A stretch of DNA of 63,236 bases, filler included, from Dimorphilus gyrociliatus (Eukaryota; Animalia; Annelida), in assembly GCA_904063045.1 (NCBI GenBank). It is 4 parts of 4 records of this genome, joined end to end, with 100 filler letters (N's around TTAATTAATTAA, not from the genome) between each part and the next. Parts side by side here need not be neighbours in the genome. Positions count along the whole stretch, not along the records: positions 1 to 31,061 come from CAJFCJ010000128.1; 3 more parts are not named here. The stretch is one strand, 5' to 3'. Of the stretch, positions 1 through 12,586 are shown in pieces. The notes beneath the pieces were generated by a model. The model did no database searches and was not told where the DNA came from. It saw nothing but the letters and a program-made list of their open reading frames with translations. Made by a program: the position numbers and the translations under genes. Numbering within the stretch: position 1 is the first letter of the stretch; the number at the start of each line of letters is the position of its first letter.

Positions 1-676
1 ATCATATTTTGCAATAGTGATGTAAACAACAACAACTTTGTGTAGGTTACCCGTGAAGGGTCAATTCTTACATCATATTTATGTAAATAAACACTTGTTG
101 TTGTTGTCAACATGTTTGTTATGTAACATCTTATCCTTTGCCTATAAAAGGGGTTGATTCTGGCAGTTCGGTACCATCTACCCCAGAGGCAACATCTACT
201 TCAACACTTCTACCATATTGTAAGTATCATTTATAAAATATCTATAAACTATAGTTCATAAGTGTACACAATTAAACAGTTTAATTATGTATAAAGTGAA
301 TGACAGGAATATGTGGACACTGTAAATTTTGATAGGCCAACTTTTAATTAACAGTTACAATTGCTTGTTCACTGCAAACCAGTATGCTTTGTCTAAATTT
401 ATATAGAAAAAAAGCGAAATTGACATAATATTGAAAAAAATTGAAGAAAATGATAATATTTTGTGAACATTATTAACAAAAATTTTTAATAACTTTCATA
501 AGTTTTTTCTTTATTTGACATGTTTATTGGAAAATTGAGTTGATATCTGGTTTGGCATTCAAATAGACATCTCAAGCAAAATTTTTTTCAACATATTTCC
601 TGTTTCAAGTTAAGTTAACTAGTTATTGAATATTAAAAATTACTGTACATAATTTATATTGTATTTTTTTTAAAGC

Positions 677-1058
677 ATGGCGTGGAGTTAAGATATTAGG
701 GATCTTGTAATAAAAAATACAGAGAAATAGGGAAATTAAGGGCAACAGCAAGAGTTTTAGGAATGGCACCATCATCAGTTAGTAACATCTTGAAGTATAA
801 GCAACCAGAACAAGAAAATAGGAGCTGAAACGACAAAACTTCAAATACAAAAGAGTCCGACAAAGAACTGATCTCAAAATCAAATCAAAGATTGTAAACA
901 GAGAAAATAATACTGCCTCAAAATTATTAGCAACAATCAAGACTGGTCTAGGGTTATTTTTACTGATGAGGCCAGGTTTTCACTAAGTGGACCTGATGAC
1001 TTTAGGACATGGACTAGCAATAGTGAAAAGGACTTCAGAGTGACAAAAAATATGGGGA
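677..1058 (+). mobile_element. Tc1-like transposase 5' fragment, degraded, with internal deletion
   Basis: Reads MAWS*DIRDLVIKKYREIGKLRATARVLGMAPSSVSNILKYKQPEQENR, then ELKRQNFKYKR, then FTDEARFSLSGPD. Near-identical to 58653-59100; first catalytic Asp motif FTDEARF present. Confidence 0.85.
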
Positions 1059-1466
1059 TTGGTAGAGTTTATTTATATAAAATTGCAAGTTAAACCTATT
1101 ATTAAACACTGAAAAAATAAAAAAAATAATCTTTTTTCATAATGAAAATGATTTTTAATATTTGGCCTATAAAAAATTGAGGTGTTCCAATATTCCTGTT
1201 GTTTACTTTATAGAGTTGATTATGTCAAATATCACTCAGAACAAAACTGTAGAATTAATAGCTAATAAATATAATAATGACAAAATATAATCATTTTGAT
1301 ATGAAATTAAGATCATTATAAATAGAAAAAAAGAACTAATGAAGTACAAAAGTAGCTTTTGATAGATATATTATTACAAGTATTGAATAATTAGTACTCA
1401 ACTTTACATAGAAAAATTGTTTTTAGTGGTCATTTATTTTCTTTTTAAAAACTTAAAAACATAACT

Positions 1467-4400
1467 ATGAAACTTTTTTTTCAAATTTCGTCTATCTATT
1501 TTTCCTTGTTGTTTTTAAAAGAAACAAAAGGAGATGTGATGACTAATGGAAAAATTTACCTTGATATTATTGATGAAACAGTTACATATAGTTTTGGAAA
1601 AATTACCTTTTTATCTGAAAATGATAAAGAAAAGTATTTAATTTCTCTTTCAAAATGTCATACTGATTTAAAGTGGAAAGCTGATCAATTATGTAAAGAT
1701 TGGAATTATGATGATCTTTATTCAATTATTGAAGATTGTCAAATAATGAATGGTATGTCAAAAACATTATTAATGAACTATTTAAAAAAGAGATTCATTT
1801 CCATAGCAACAAGGGTCTTTCGCCTACTTGAATTTAAACCCTGCTGCAAATTGTAAAAAATATATTATTTTTAAAATGTATGCAAAATTTTTAATTTAAA
1901 TTTTTGGAATTTAGTGAACAGATTCATCACAGAAATGTAGGAACAGCTTGTTTAAAATGTTTTAAAAAACAATGTAAAAATTTAAAAATTTCTTGTTTGT
2001 TTATTAGATTTTTTTAAATTTCTCTCTTATTTATCATTACTTTAGATATGTTTACAGTAGAAGATAGTCTAACTGGCCTATATTTTCCATATTTAAGACA
2101 TAATAATTATGTTTATCAGATATATACTTTTGAAAATGATACACACAAAATTTGTTCATCAACTGAATATTTTATAGATCTTAACAATTTAAGATCAGAA
2201 ACACAAGTCATCTTTGGTCCTAAAATATATTTTTATAAAAATCAATTAACATTTAAAGCAATTGGCAATTTGTCTAAATGTCAATGTAGTTTTGAACAGA
2301 TACAAGGTTTTGTAAAGATTTCTATAGAAATGGTAATTGAAACGGTGAAATGCTTTCCTTTTTTTTTTAAGATTTTAAATTTCTGGCTCCATCAAAATAT
2401 TTCAAAAAAAAATTACCTTTTAAAGTACATGGCAATTATTTTTCACCAATTATCTATTCAAAAACATTTGGATATTTACCATTTGCAACAAGAAAGAATG
2501 AAACTTTTACAAGTGGTACAGCTATATGTAAATTCTTTGGGAAAACACTCCAAACTCAAGCCTATATAAGAATATCGAAATCTAGTGTTCAAGTTTTTAT
2601 GTTTTATATTCTTTTTAAAAAAAAATACAGAAATTTTACTGATTTTGTAGAGAAGATTTATGTGTGAAAAATATTTCTATTTTGATGATTGGGCAGATGT
2701 CAGTGTTAAACAATGCGATGATAAGAGTATGAATCAATATGGATGCCGGTATTTCAGAAATGCAAGAAACTCTTTTTTATTCCTTGTTGCTTGTGAAGAT
2801 CTAGTTAATATTCATGGTGAGAAGGATATTTAAATATTTTCAAAATTTCAAAATATTTAAAAATATATATATTTTAAAGATTTTGAATTTAGGCTTTTTA
2901 GTTATCCAAATAATGCTTTATATAAAAATGAATCAAAAAACATAAATGAATTTATGGGAATGATTGAATATTCAGTTCAAAATATATTTTATTATTTACC
3001 AATAAATGATATAACACATTTATCAGCAACTGAATTCTGTCAATATTTTGGATTTAAATCTGGAACATTTGTGTTTAATATTAACTTATTCTATCATTTA
3101 GTTGAATCATCTGTACTTAATGGGTTAAATTTTTTTTTTCCATTTATAAAAGAAAAGTGTATAGGCTCAATTGAAAATATAAAATATTGCATACAAAAAT
3201 ATCACAATGATATTTTCAAAAATGAATGGAGAGGAAGAGGATATCATATTAGACATTTTACTTTCAGTGTGCCAATTAATTATATTCCAATATTTCTACA
3301 GTGTACACAATTAGTTGAACATGGTTATGTCTAGTTTTCTTTTTTAACTGTAATCAATTTCCTGTTTCTCTTTTGTCATTTTTTTCCAGATTGTCTTAAT
3401 CAACATTTCAATGTTCATGGAAATTGTTATTTTATTGTTGAAGGAAATAAGACCTTCACCTTTTCAGAGGCTAATCAATATTGTTTAAAAAATAATTTCC
3501 ATTTGTTAGATACAGCATTCTTATCGACATTCCAACTATTTAGTTTTTTAACAATAAACAATTTGTTTAAAAGTAAACAAGCTCCAACAAGTAAATATGA
3601 AATAGAAAAAACTTTTTAAATTTTTTTGTGAGTAGTGTCAGCAGATATCATTTCAAAATTGAATACTATTGAAAAAATATCATCATATGGCTATAAATAT
3701 CCAAGGGAATATATAGGCTTAAAAGTTCAGTCATTACTAATAAATCCAGAAGCTTTCTGTCTCTATGAAACAATAACTATTAAAAAATTTACAAATTGTA
3801 CAACAATTGTTAAGACAAAGTCTTCTGTTAAAATTAAAAAATTGAACTGTTTTTATCATTTTACAAATTTCATTTGCCAAAAAAAATCATGTAATTTTTC
3901 ATTTTTATCTAATGAAACTTTATTGTTGTTAAATATTTTATCTTTTTAGATACAGTTAGAGAAAAAAGCTTGATTAGGCCTGTAATCTTTTCATCAATAC
4001 AATCAAAACAACAACTGTTTTTATGTTACAAAGATAATTTCTATATTAATGTACAATTTATTTGTGATGGTATTTCTCATTGTTTTTTAGGTGAAGATGA
4101 AGAAATTTGTTCTACAGTTTATAATTTTACATGTTTGGATGACAAGAAAATTCCTTATCAGTATGTTTGTAATCATCAAAATGATTGTCTGGATGGTAGT
4201 GATGAGGGTTTTTGTGGTAAATTTAGGCCTAAAACCTGACATTTTCCATTAAAAAAAAACAACTAATTTAAAAAAATCATCTCCTAGAATGGTATAATTG
4301 TTTAACTGAGAAAAGGTAAGAAATAAAAAGAAAAAGTAAATAAAAAAAAAATCAATCTCCAAGGTGACTTTAGATGTTCAAATATGGAATGCATAAACGA

Positions 4401-7337
4401 TGGAGACATTTGTAATGGAGAACCAAATTGCTTAGATTTCTCTGATGAACATTGTACACGTGCCATCAATGAGAATTCTGGTAAAAGAATAATTTTCAAT
4501 GACATAACACTTTTAGAGAAGTATTAAAAACAAAAATAAAAAAACAATAGACCTATGCCAACCAAAACTTCACCATTGTGATAAATCAAAATGTTTATCA
4601 GATATTGAGTTATGTAACCAATACGCAAAATGTAAAGACTATAGTGACGAAAGCGAAGAGTTTTGTATGAAAAAAAGTAGGTAAAAGACGAGGAAGAATA
4701 ATGTATTACGCAATAATTACGCAATTTATATAGAATGTGTGGAAAATAAAAGATCTTGTTATTTAAAATATAATATTCATAATGGTATAACATTACCATC
4801 ATATAATTTTATACAGTCAAATTGGGATTGTATTGGTACTAAATGCAAAAATGGAACATTTACCTGCTCTGAAGATCATTTTTGCATACCAATGGCATTG
4901 GTGTGTGACGGTATAAGCCACTGTAGGAGAGGTGATGATGAAATTAACTGTGGTAGGTGGCTATATATAAATACTATAAAAATTTCAATTTATTGAAAAC
5001 ACACCACAGACCAGTTTATATTATCAGAATATTTTAAATGTGTAAAATTTAATATCTATATTCCAATTAATAAAGTATGTAATAAAATTATTGATTGTAA
5101 AGATGGAAGCGATGAATTGGGTTGTACAATTCTACAATTTAAGATTAACTGTCAATTAATATTTCAACACAGAAGAATTTATTGTCATGGGAATGAGGTC
5201 AAGGTCATGGAATTTATCAATCATATCCCAAGCTTATTTTATAAACAATTAATTATTAACTCGTTAACCCTTAAATTTAATAATTATTCAAATTATAAGA
5301 GTATTTTAAAAATTTCTATAACTAACTCTAACCTATTTAACTGCCAAATCAATTATAAATTTCCAAATTTAATTTATTTCTATGCAGAAAATATGAAGTT
5401 TGAATATTTAAATTATTTCAAATATAATAAAGATATGATACTGCTTCAAAATTTTTCAATGGTAAACATTTACTCAACTGATATAAATACAATTTCATTT
5501 AGACAATTCCCCAATGTACTTGTAATACTACTCAACAATATTACATTAAAATTTCTAACAAAAAATCATTTTGAAAGAAATTCAAATTTGAAAATATTAA
5601 TAATAAAAAATTGTTTAATTTTAAAAATTGAAAAAAATAGTTTTAAAAGTCAAAAAATGTTTTAGAATTATATTTAAATAATACAAAAATAAATGGAAAT
5701 CACTTGAGTAGTTTTAAATATTTCAATTCAATTCAAAAAGTTTCTAGTAAATATTTTATGATTTGTTGTTATTTTTGGAAGAATTTTAAACAAAATATTG
5801 ACTGTTATCCTCCATCAAACTTTTATACATCTTGTTCAGATTTACTTATTTCAAATAGCTTAAGAATAATCAATTGGTTAATTAATATTTTTGGTGTGAT
5901 TTGTAATTTATTATCATTTATTATTTGTATTGGAAATTTTAAAAGAAAATCACATTTCATTTCTCTTTCTCTTCCAATTAGTGATTTAATGACTAACATT
6001 GCATTTATTATCCTAGGAATAAAGGATAGTGAATTTAGAGGAGAGTACTACCTGCTTCATTCTACTTGGAGGAAATCACTCCAATGCTTCATAATAGGAT
6101 TTTTAATTTCCTTTTCAACTATTCAATCATCTTTTACAGTACTTTTAATATCAATTGAAAGAAATCTTGTCATTAAACATCCGGATCAAAAACACTTTCA
6201 AACATTTTCAATAGTATCTTTGAGTATTGTAATACTCTACCTAATATCGCTCTTTCTCTCAATTTTTCCATATTACTTTTATAGTGTAAAATAACAATAT
6301 TATAATTTTTAGTGGAGTTTTTAAATTTTCAAAAATTTTTCTAGAATTATTATTCAAATTTTCCAATTTGTTTTAATTTCTTTATAAGAAATATTAAAGT
6401 TGATGGATGGTTATTTTCATTTTTTGCTCAGATTTGCATTCATTTTTCTGTTTCTATAACAATTTGTATTGTAAATGGAAATTTAATACTCCATTTATGG
6501 AGAAGCGACAGAAATTTTCAAACTAGTGAAAAAATCAACTACTCAGTTTTACATAGAGTTTTATTAATCTCACTATCCAATGTATTAGTATGGCTTCCCT
6601 TATCAATTTTAGGTAATATATTACATTTCTATTTTGACATTGACCTTGTTTTTAGTTAAAACTATTTCAAGGATTTCTTTCATTTCTATTAAATATTGAT
6701 ATGCCAAATGACAGTTATATCTGGTTTATAACTGTATGTTTACCATTAAATTCACTATTGAATCCTTTGTGTTATACATTTTCAGAAATTAGGACAATGC
6801 TTATAAATCACAGGTAGGAAATTATATAAATTATACCAAAAGTACAAAAAAGAGATATCATTTTGTCTATAAATTTTTTAAGGAAGAAAAATCAAATATT
6901 ACTTAAACATAATTTAACAAAAAAATGTATTTAAAAAATATTTTTTATGAATTTTAAAATATTTAAATATTAAATTTTTTTTCCTTGATTTTTTAGATTT
7001 AGAGTTTTGTAAAAGATCCTATTCAATGAATATTTATATGCAAAATTTGTCTATAATACAAGAAAAAAATTTAGTAAATTTTGGAGGAAAAATGAATTTA
7101 AAAAATATTTATCATGCAATATTTTGCATATTCAATGGAATTCAATTTTGTCATAGATATTCATTCTGTTTAAATAATGGAATTGATGAGAAATACATAT
7201 TCTTTTTAAATAGAAACTATTTTATTCCATTTTGTTATTCAACAATATTTTCAAATGTCAAATCAAGAGAAGATATTAAAAGAGCAGCTTCAATTCTAAG
7301 AAGATTACTGCAAAAAGAAATAAAATTAAGAAAATAA
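1467..7337 (+). CDS. Multi-exon GRL101-like LGR receptor: signal peptide, SRCR-like, C-type lectin, several LDLa, LRR, rhodopsin 7TM; possible extra C-terminal exons 6883-6926 and 6997-7337
   Basis: LDLa motifs (CDGISHCFLGEDEEIC, CNHQNDCLDGSDEGFC, CDGISHCRRGDDEINC, CKDGSDELGC); lectin motifs CYFIVEGNKTFTFSEANQYC and FICQK; LRRs 5160-5720; hinge CC...C..SCSDLL; TM3 ISIER; TM7 LPLNSLLNPLCYTF after 43-bp intron 6613-6655. One frameshift near 5660. Core ends at TAG 6817 if not spliced further. Confidence 0.85.
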
Positions 7338-7399
7338 ATATCAGACATATCTATTTTAGAGTTTTCTAATACAAAACCATTGAATACCAGTTTCCTTGA

Positions 7400-8150
7400 A
7401 ATGTGTATTATTGTATTGAACAGTTTTTATAGTGATAGATGACAGTAGTAAAGCTATAGTTATTTCCCTTTTAGCATGTCACTACTTTGAAGTAAACATT
7501 AAAAATTGTTAATTTTATAATTTGCATTATTAAGATATGTTTTTTGCATTATTATATTTGGTTGTTGTGGCCTAACTAGAAAAGATATTGAAAGTATTAA
7601 AATGAACTCAAAATTTAAAAAAATTTATGTTGTGTTTATTTGACAACTGAGCAGTTTTGAGCAGTTTTTCCCATTCAGCCTACTTATGTTTTTATTGATG
7701 TTACGATTGTTTAAAGTATTTGCTGATGTAGCAAGTCCGTTGATATAATAAAAAAAATAATTTTTTATTGGCAATATCCTGTCATATTCCATTGAATAAA
7801 CAATACATTTTGGGAAGATTATACATTTTATTGAGTTAAAGATATAAAACAGAAAGTACGTTGACAAGATAGAATTCTAGGATCATTTTACTATCCAAGA
7901 TTCCAACAAGCATATTACTAAATGTTATGGCTTCACTTCTGAGCAGAAATATTCTAGATATATTAGATATTGTATACTTTAAAGATAAATTTTGAGCAAT
8001 GTCCATACTTCAAAACTACTAGGTTATAATTTCTTATTGGCCAGTAGACTGATTAAATTTTATTGACTATAGAAATTCAAACTTTCATATTCTGTTATTA
8101 TTTGACCTAGAAAAACTCCACCTTCATTTTGATTCTTCTAATAGAGTCCA
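7400..8150 (-). pseudogene. Possible degraded LGR-type 7TM remnant
   Basis: Fragments SNMLVGILDSK and NSIKCII...YSMEYDRILPIK resemble TM2-TM3 of the neighbouring receptor (LGIKDSE...SLQCFI...ISIERNLVIK); many stops. Boundaries approximate. Confidence 0.3.
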
Positions 8151-8384
8151 TAAATCAAGTAGACACTTTACATTAACCTAGATCTTTGGCCATCTTATAA
8201 CAGATAATATGAAAAAACAACTCTTTATTTTTCAATATGTATTATATAGATTAATTTATTACTTAATAAAACAAAACTATTGAGAAATTTATATTTTTTG
8301 TAAATACTTCTAGCATAAATTCAAATATTTGATTTTTACAAACAACTTACATACATTAACAAACAAACAAACAAAAATTTGTTT

Positions 8385-9248
8385 TTAGGCAATACTACTA
8401 ATTTTGTTTGAATTTCTAAGTTTAGTTTTAGAAATACATTTCAAAAATGAGAATTTAACTCTTTTAGAGAATTCTTTATGAAAAATCAAATATACAAAAC
8501 AATTTGTAGCATTGTTGATTATAAATAATCTTTGTAGAATTAAATGATTACCTCGTTTCGATATAATTGCTGTGTAAAGTGGTAAATATGAGAGAAAAAA
8601 GATCAAAGTTGTCCCTAGCAACATAAGAATTGACCTGATTTGTAGAGATTTATCATTTTTACATTTTTTAGCTCTCTTTTTCAAAATTATTAAAATATAA
8701 ACATACATTGAAATTAATAAGATAAAGAATAAAAATTGAATACAAAGCAGCACACCAATATTTAATGATACTTTGTTGAAATCTTTTCTAATACAGTTAA
8801 ATTTTACATTGTCTGATGACAATGTTAAAGATTGAAAATGAATAGATTGATTTATAGGCAGAACTAAAGAAAGAACTATAAATATACAATTTAAAATATA
8901 ACACAATTTTAAGGATAATAAATGTGGTTTAAATACAGACAACCATCTTTCAAATCCCAATGCAATTGTTAATAAGAAAGAGTAGAAAATGAAAAAGTTC
9001 CAAATGTAAGAAAATATTTGACATATAGTAAGATATTCTGTGCCATATATACTTAAAAATATCTTTGTTGGTAGAAAAACGCCACAGTAGATTGTATCTT
9101 CAATTGCCAACACTTTTAGAAAATAATTTATCATTGTACATTTAGCATTCTTGAATGGAAAATATACCAAAATTATTATATTTGAAAATATTCCTATTAT
9201 TGAACATGGTGTTATAAATATTGCCATCATTTTTGATTCATAATCCAT
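8385..9248 (-). CDS. Intronless class A (rhodopsin-like) orphan/peptide GPCR
   Basis: 287 aa, seven hydrophobic segments, GIFSN in TM1, LAIED in TM2, FERW (DRY variant), FFLSYLP in TM6, NNATNCFVY (NPxxY variant). Confidence 0.85.
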   Translation of the reverse strand: MDYESKMMAIFITPCSIIGIFSNIIILVYFPFKNAKCTMINYFLKVLAIEDTIYCGVFLPTKIFLSIYGTEYLTICQIFSYIWNFFIFYSFLLTIALGFERWLSVFKPHLLSLKLCYILNCIFIVLSLVLPINQSIHFQSLTLSSDNVKFNCIRKDFNKVSLNIGVLLCIQFLFFILLISMYVYILIILKKRAKKCKNDKSLQIRSILMLLGTTLIFFLSYLPLYTAIISKRGNHLILQRLFIINNATNCFVYLIFHKEFSKRVKFSFLKCISKTKLRNSNKISSIA

Positions 9249-9749
9249 ATTTAAACTGTTTCAATCCAAATTCAATTTTATTTAATATACTGGAAAATAT
9301 ATAGGAAATTGTAGCTTTTGTCTTGTAAAAATGTTTAGAAATCAGTATTATTATAAAGAAGAGCCATCTGGCGACGGTTTGTCTTTAATAGCGGTTCAGC
9401 AGGTATGTAGGATATCAGACAGGAAGTAAATTTTTGAATTATCAATGAAAGAGTAAAAAAAATGACAATTTTAAACAAGCCAACTTCTTGGCTATTGACA
9501 ATCAAATTAGGTGTAAACCAAATATAATTCATATTGATTGAAAAGTTTAATATTGCACTGCGATCTGTAGGCTGATTTCCATTCATAAATATTGTATATC
9601 TTGCAGGACGAAGTGATAAAAACTGGGATAAATAAAATGGCTGTTTTCGAGAGCGAAAAGATTGTTTATCCAATAAATTTATAAGTAATAAATATATATC
9701 TTAATAAAACATCTTTGACATTTATTTCTCCACTTTTTACATTCATTTT

Positions 9750-10895
9750 TCAGTTTTCTTTAAATATATTAAAATACGCGTTTCTATTTATAGATTTTGT
9801 ATAAAAGTCAATAATTTCTAAGAAATTTAAACATTCAAAGAGTTTCATAAACATTTTATGTGCATGAACTTCTCCACACAAATCTATCCTTTCAATTTGA
9901 GGACATTTCTCCAGTGTTATTGCTAAATCTGAGAGTTGATTATCACTGAGATTGCAGAAGCTAAAGTTAACATTTTTTAAATTGTCAGATGAACTCAAAA
10001 GACCTTTACAAATTAAAGAAAATCCATTTTCCAGATGACGATTACCACTTAGATTTAATACTTGAATTTTAGAGCAACAAAATAATAAATCAGCCAAAGC
10101 TTTAGTGTTTTCCTCATCCAAATGACAGTATTTAAAATTGACATTTGTCAAAGTATTTAATGATTGAAACAAACCTTGACACAATTTAGGAAATCCCTTT
10201 CCTAAATATTTGTTAAATTTGATACTAATCATTTCTATTTTAGAACAATGCTCTAATAAATCACCCAGAATTCTACATTCTTCCTCACTCAAATTACAGC
10301 TTTTAAAGTTGATACTTTTCATTGTTTCTGTTGATTTAACTAGACCTTGGGATATGTCTGAAAAATCACGTCCAGTAATACTATGACCCCTTAGTTTAAT
10401 CATTTCCAATTTAACGAAATTCTCTAAAAATTTTCCAATCATTTTGGATTTTTTTATTTTAAAAAAATAACCTGGTAGTAAAAAATGTTTCAATCCAGAT
10501 GATTTTGATAATCCTTCCCAAAAATCCATTGTACTATCTTCCACATCTGCAACAAGATTTATTGGGCATAATTTGATAATTTCCAAGTTAGAAAACTCTC
10601 TGAGTGCATTTCCTAACTGAACAACTTGCTTTTCAGTAAATTGAACTTTTTTAATTGTAATCTCTTTCAGGCTACAAAATGAGAATTGAAGTCCCTGACA
10701 AATGCATAAAAGTCCTCTCTTTATCTTCCTTCTTGTTTGTATGTTAATTCTTTCTAAATGAGAAAATTCCTTTAATTTGTTGGCTATAGATATATAGTGG
10801 CCATTTTTTAGATCACAATTTATCAAATTAATAACTTTCAAAGTATTTGATGATTCGATTAAAGCAATAAATATTTTCTCTAGTCTCTCTCCCAT
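9750..10895 (-). CDS. RNI-like (NLRC3-type) leucine-rich repeat protein
   Basis: 381 aa of ~28-aa repeats, e.g. LTNVNFKYCHLDEENTKALADLLFCCSKIQVLNLSGN and LKNVNFSFCNLSDNQLSDLA. Confidence 0.85.
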   Translation of the reverse strand: MGERLEKIFIALIESSNTLKVINLINCDLKNGHYISIANKLKEFSHLERINIQTRRKIKRGLLCICQGLQFSFCSLKEITIKKVQFTEKQVVQLGNALREFSNLEIIKLCPINLVADVEDSTMDFWEGLSKSSGLKHFLLPGYFFKIKKSKMIGKFLENFVKLEMIKLRGHSITGRDFSDISQGLVKSTETMKSINFKSCNLSEEECRILGDLLEHCSKIEMISIKFNKYLGKGFPKLCQGLFQSLNTLTNVNFKYCHLDEENTKALADLLFCCSKIQVLNLSGNRHLENGFSLICKGLLSSSDNLKNVNFSFCNLSDNQLSDLAITLEKCPQIERIDLCGEVHAHKMFMKLFECLNFLEIIDFYTKSINRNAYFNIFKEN

Positions 10896-11346
10896 TTTTT
10901 CTATTTACCAAGAACACGTGCTTTGGACACCGCAAATTATGTTCGAACACATTTCCTCAATGTCAACAACTGGTTGCTATGAACTATGTATACTCTGAAC
11001 GAGAGGCTATTTTCATGAGGATTGGGCCTAGATACTTTGATATTTTTAAATTATAGATTAATTGTTAGGTGAAAGGTAAGAATAGGATCAATTTTAAAAA
11101 ATGCAGTAAATCATTTTAACAATTTGAGGTTAGGGTTTGGGTAAAATTTTCAGAATGGGAACAAATTTTTCCCATTCCCCAAATGTCAAGTTAGTTTGCT
11201 ATTACTTAGATTAAGACAACATTCTAGAACAAAAGATAAGTGGAAGAAAATCCCCAAAGATGCTTCCATTGTTCTGTTGTGCCAATTAACAGATGGTGCT
11301 TTTTTATAGCTATTTTATAGGGTTATGGATTGTGAAGCATTTCATA

Positions 11347-11726
11347 TGTGCACTTAGATATAATGATATATCAATACTTAGACTTTAGATATAAGGCTAC
11401 ATTAGAAAGACCTCTATTTTAAAAGAATTAGACTGGTGCAACTATAGAAATACTTATATTTTGTAGGAATTATAGTGGTGGAACTTTAGAAAGACTTTTA
11501 TTTTGTAGTGTTAGCTTTTAGTACTTTAGAAAGAACTCTATTTCCTAAGAAATAGACTCTTGACTGTAACAGATGGTGGCTACTTGGGAATTAACAAAGG
11601 AACAAAGAACATGGAAAATATGCAGGTCAAACACCAGATGCTGATGAGGCAGGCCTGTTTACTGCGGCACATGTTTGACATGTGGCCCTAATCTTAGGAT
11701 TATATTTTATATGTGTGATATAACAG
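11347..11726. repeat. ~380-bp interspersed repeat with internal ~42-bp tandem units (copy 1)
   Basis: Collinear with 29778-30162 from TGTGCACTTAG to GTGATATAACAG. Confidence 0.9.
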
Positions 11727-12586
11727 TTTTTCATATTTTTGTTACATGAGAATTATGAGACCGTCAGATTTCAACTTTGTAATCCTTTGACCACTTGACC
11801 CAAGCTTTGGAAATGTATAAAAGGAAATGCATTTCCCCAGCTTGTCAGTTCAGTTCTTTAACCGTTAACTGGTTGTTTAAACTTACTTGTTTAGAACTAG
11901 AAACTCATTTACTCAATACATATTCTTTGGACGAAATACTGGTATTTTGTTGAATTATTTCTACCAAAATTACATTTGTTAAGACTATTTGTGGACGAAC
12001 TTGAAAGGTTCTTCTAATTGGACCAGTACTTTGGTAAATTGATAAATGATTGGAAAGGACGAATACTGTTCTGAAGAAGTAGAAATTCCTAAAATTACAA
12101 TACAACAAAGTGCATCATAGAAGACTTAATTAAAAAATGAAAGCCTAATTGGCCATTTACAAAATAGAATATTTAATTTATGGAATGATTTTGAAATATT
12201 TCAAAATAATTTGAAGATATTTTTCAGTCTATTTTGAACTGGTTTTAAACCTGGATTGAACTTAAACTATGTACAATTTCAAGTCATTCCGGGTCACTCT
12301 GACTCTTTCTTTTGTTTCAGTGAATGTATGTCAGTATGTTAGCGTCACTTAAAGGGGGAGCTTGACTTAGCCAAAGTTAGGACAGTAGATAGAGAACAAC
12401 GTGGCGCAAACGTGGCACCACGAATGAGCACAGTCAAGCACCTTATTATCAAAATAAGTCTTTTAAAAATATCTGTAATTTCACGTTTACTGAAACAATA
12501 CGATACAGTCAACACAAAAAGGCCAAATTTTGTGTTAATAAACCTACAAACTACAACAAGGATTCGTTTCTCTGATAGAAACTGAC

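Noticed and set aside
12330-12450. GC-richer patch resembling a tRNA-derived SINE
   Set aside because: A-box-like sequence only; no B box or cloverleaf.
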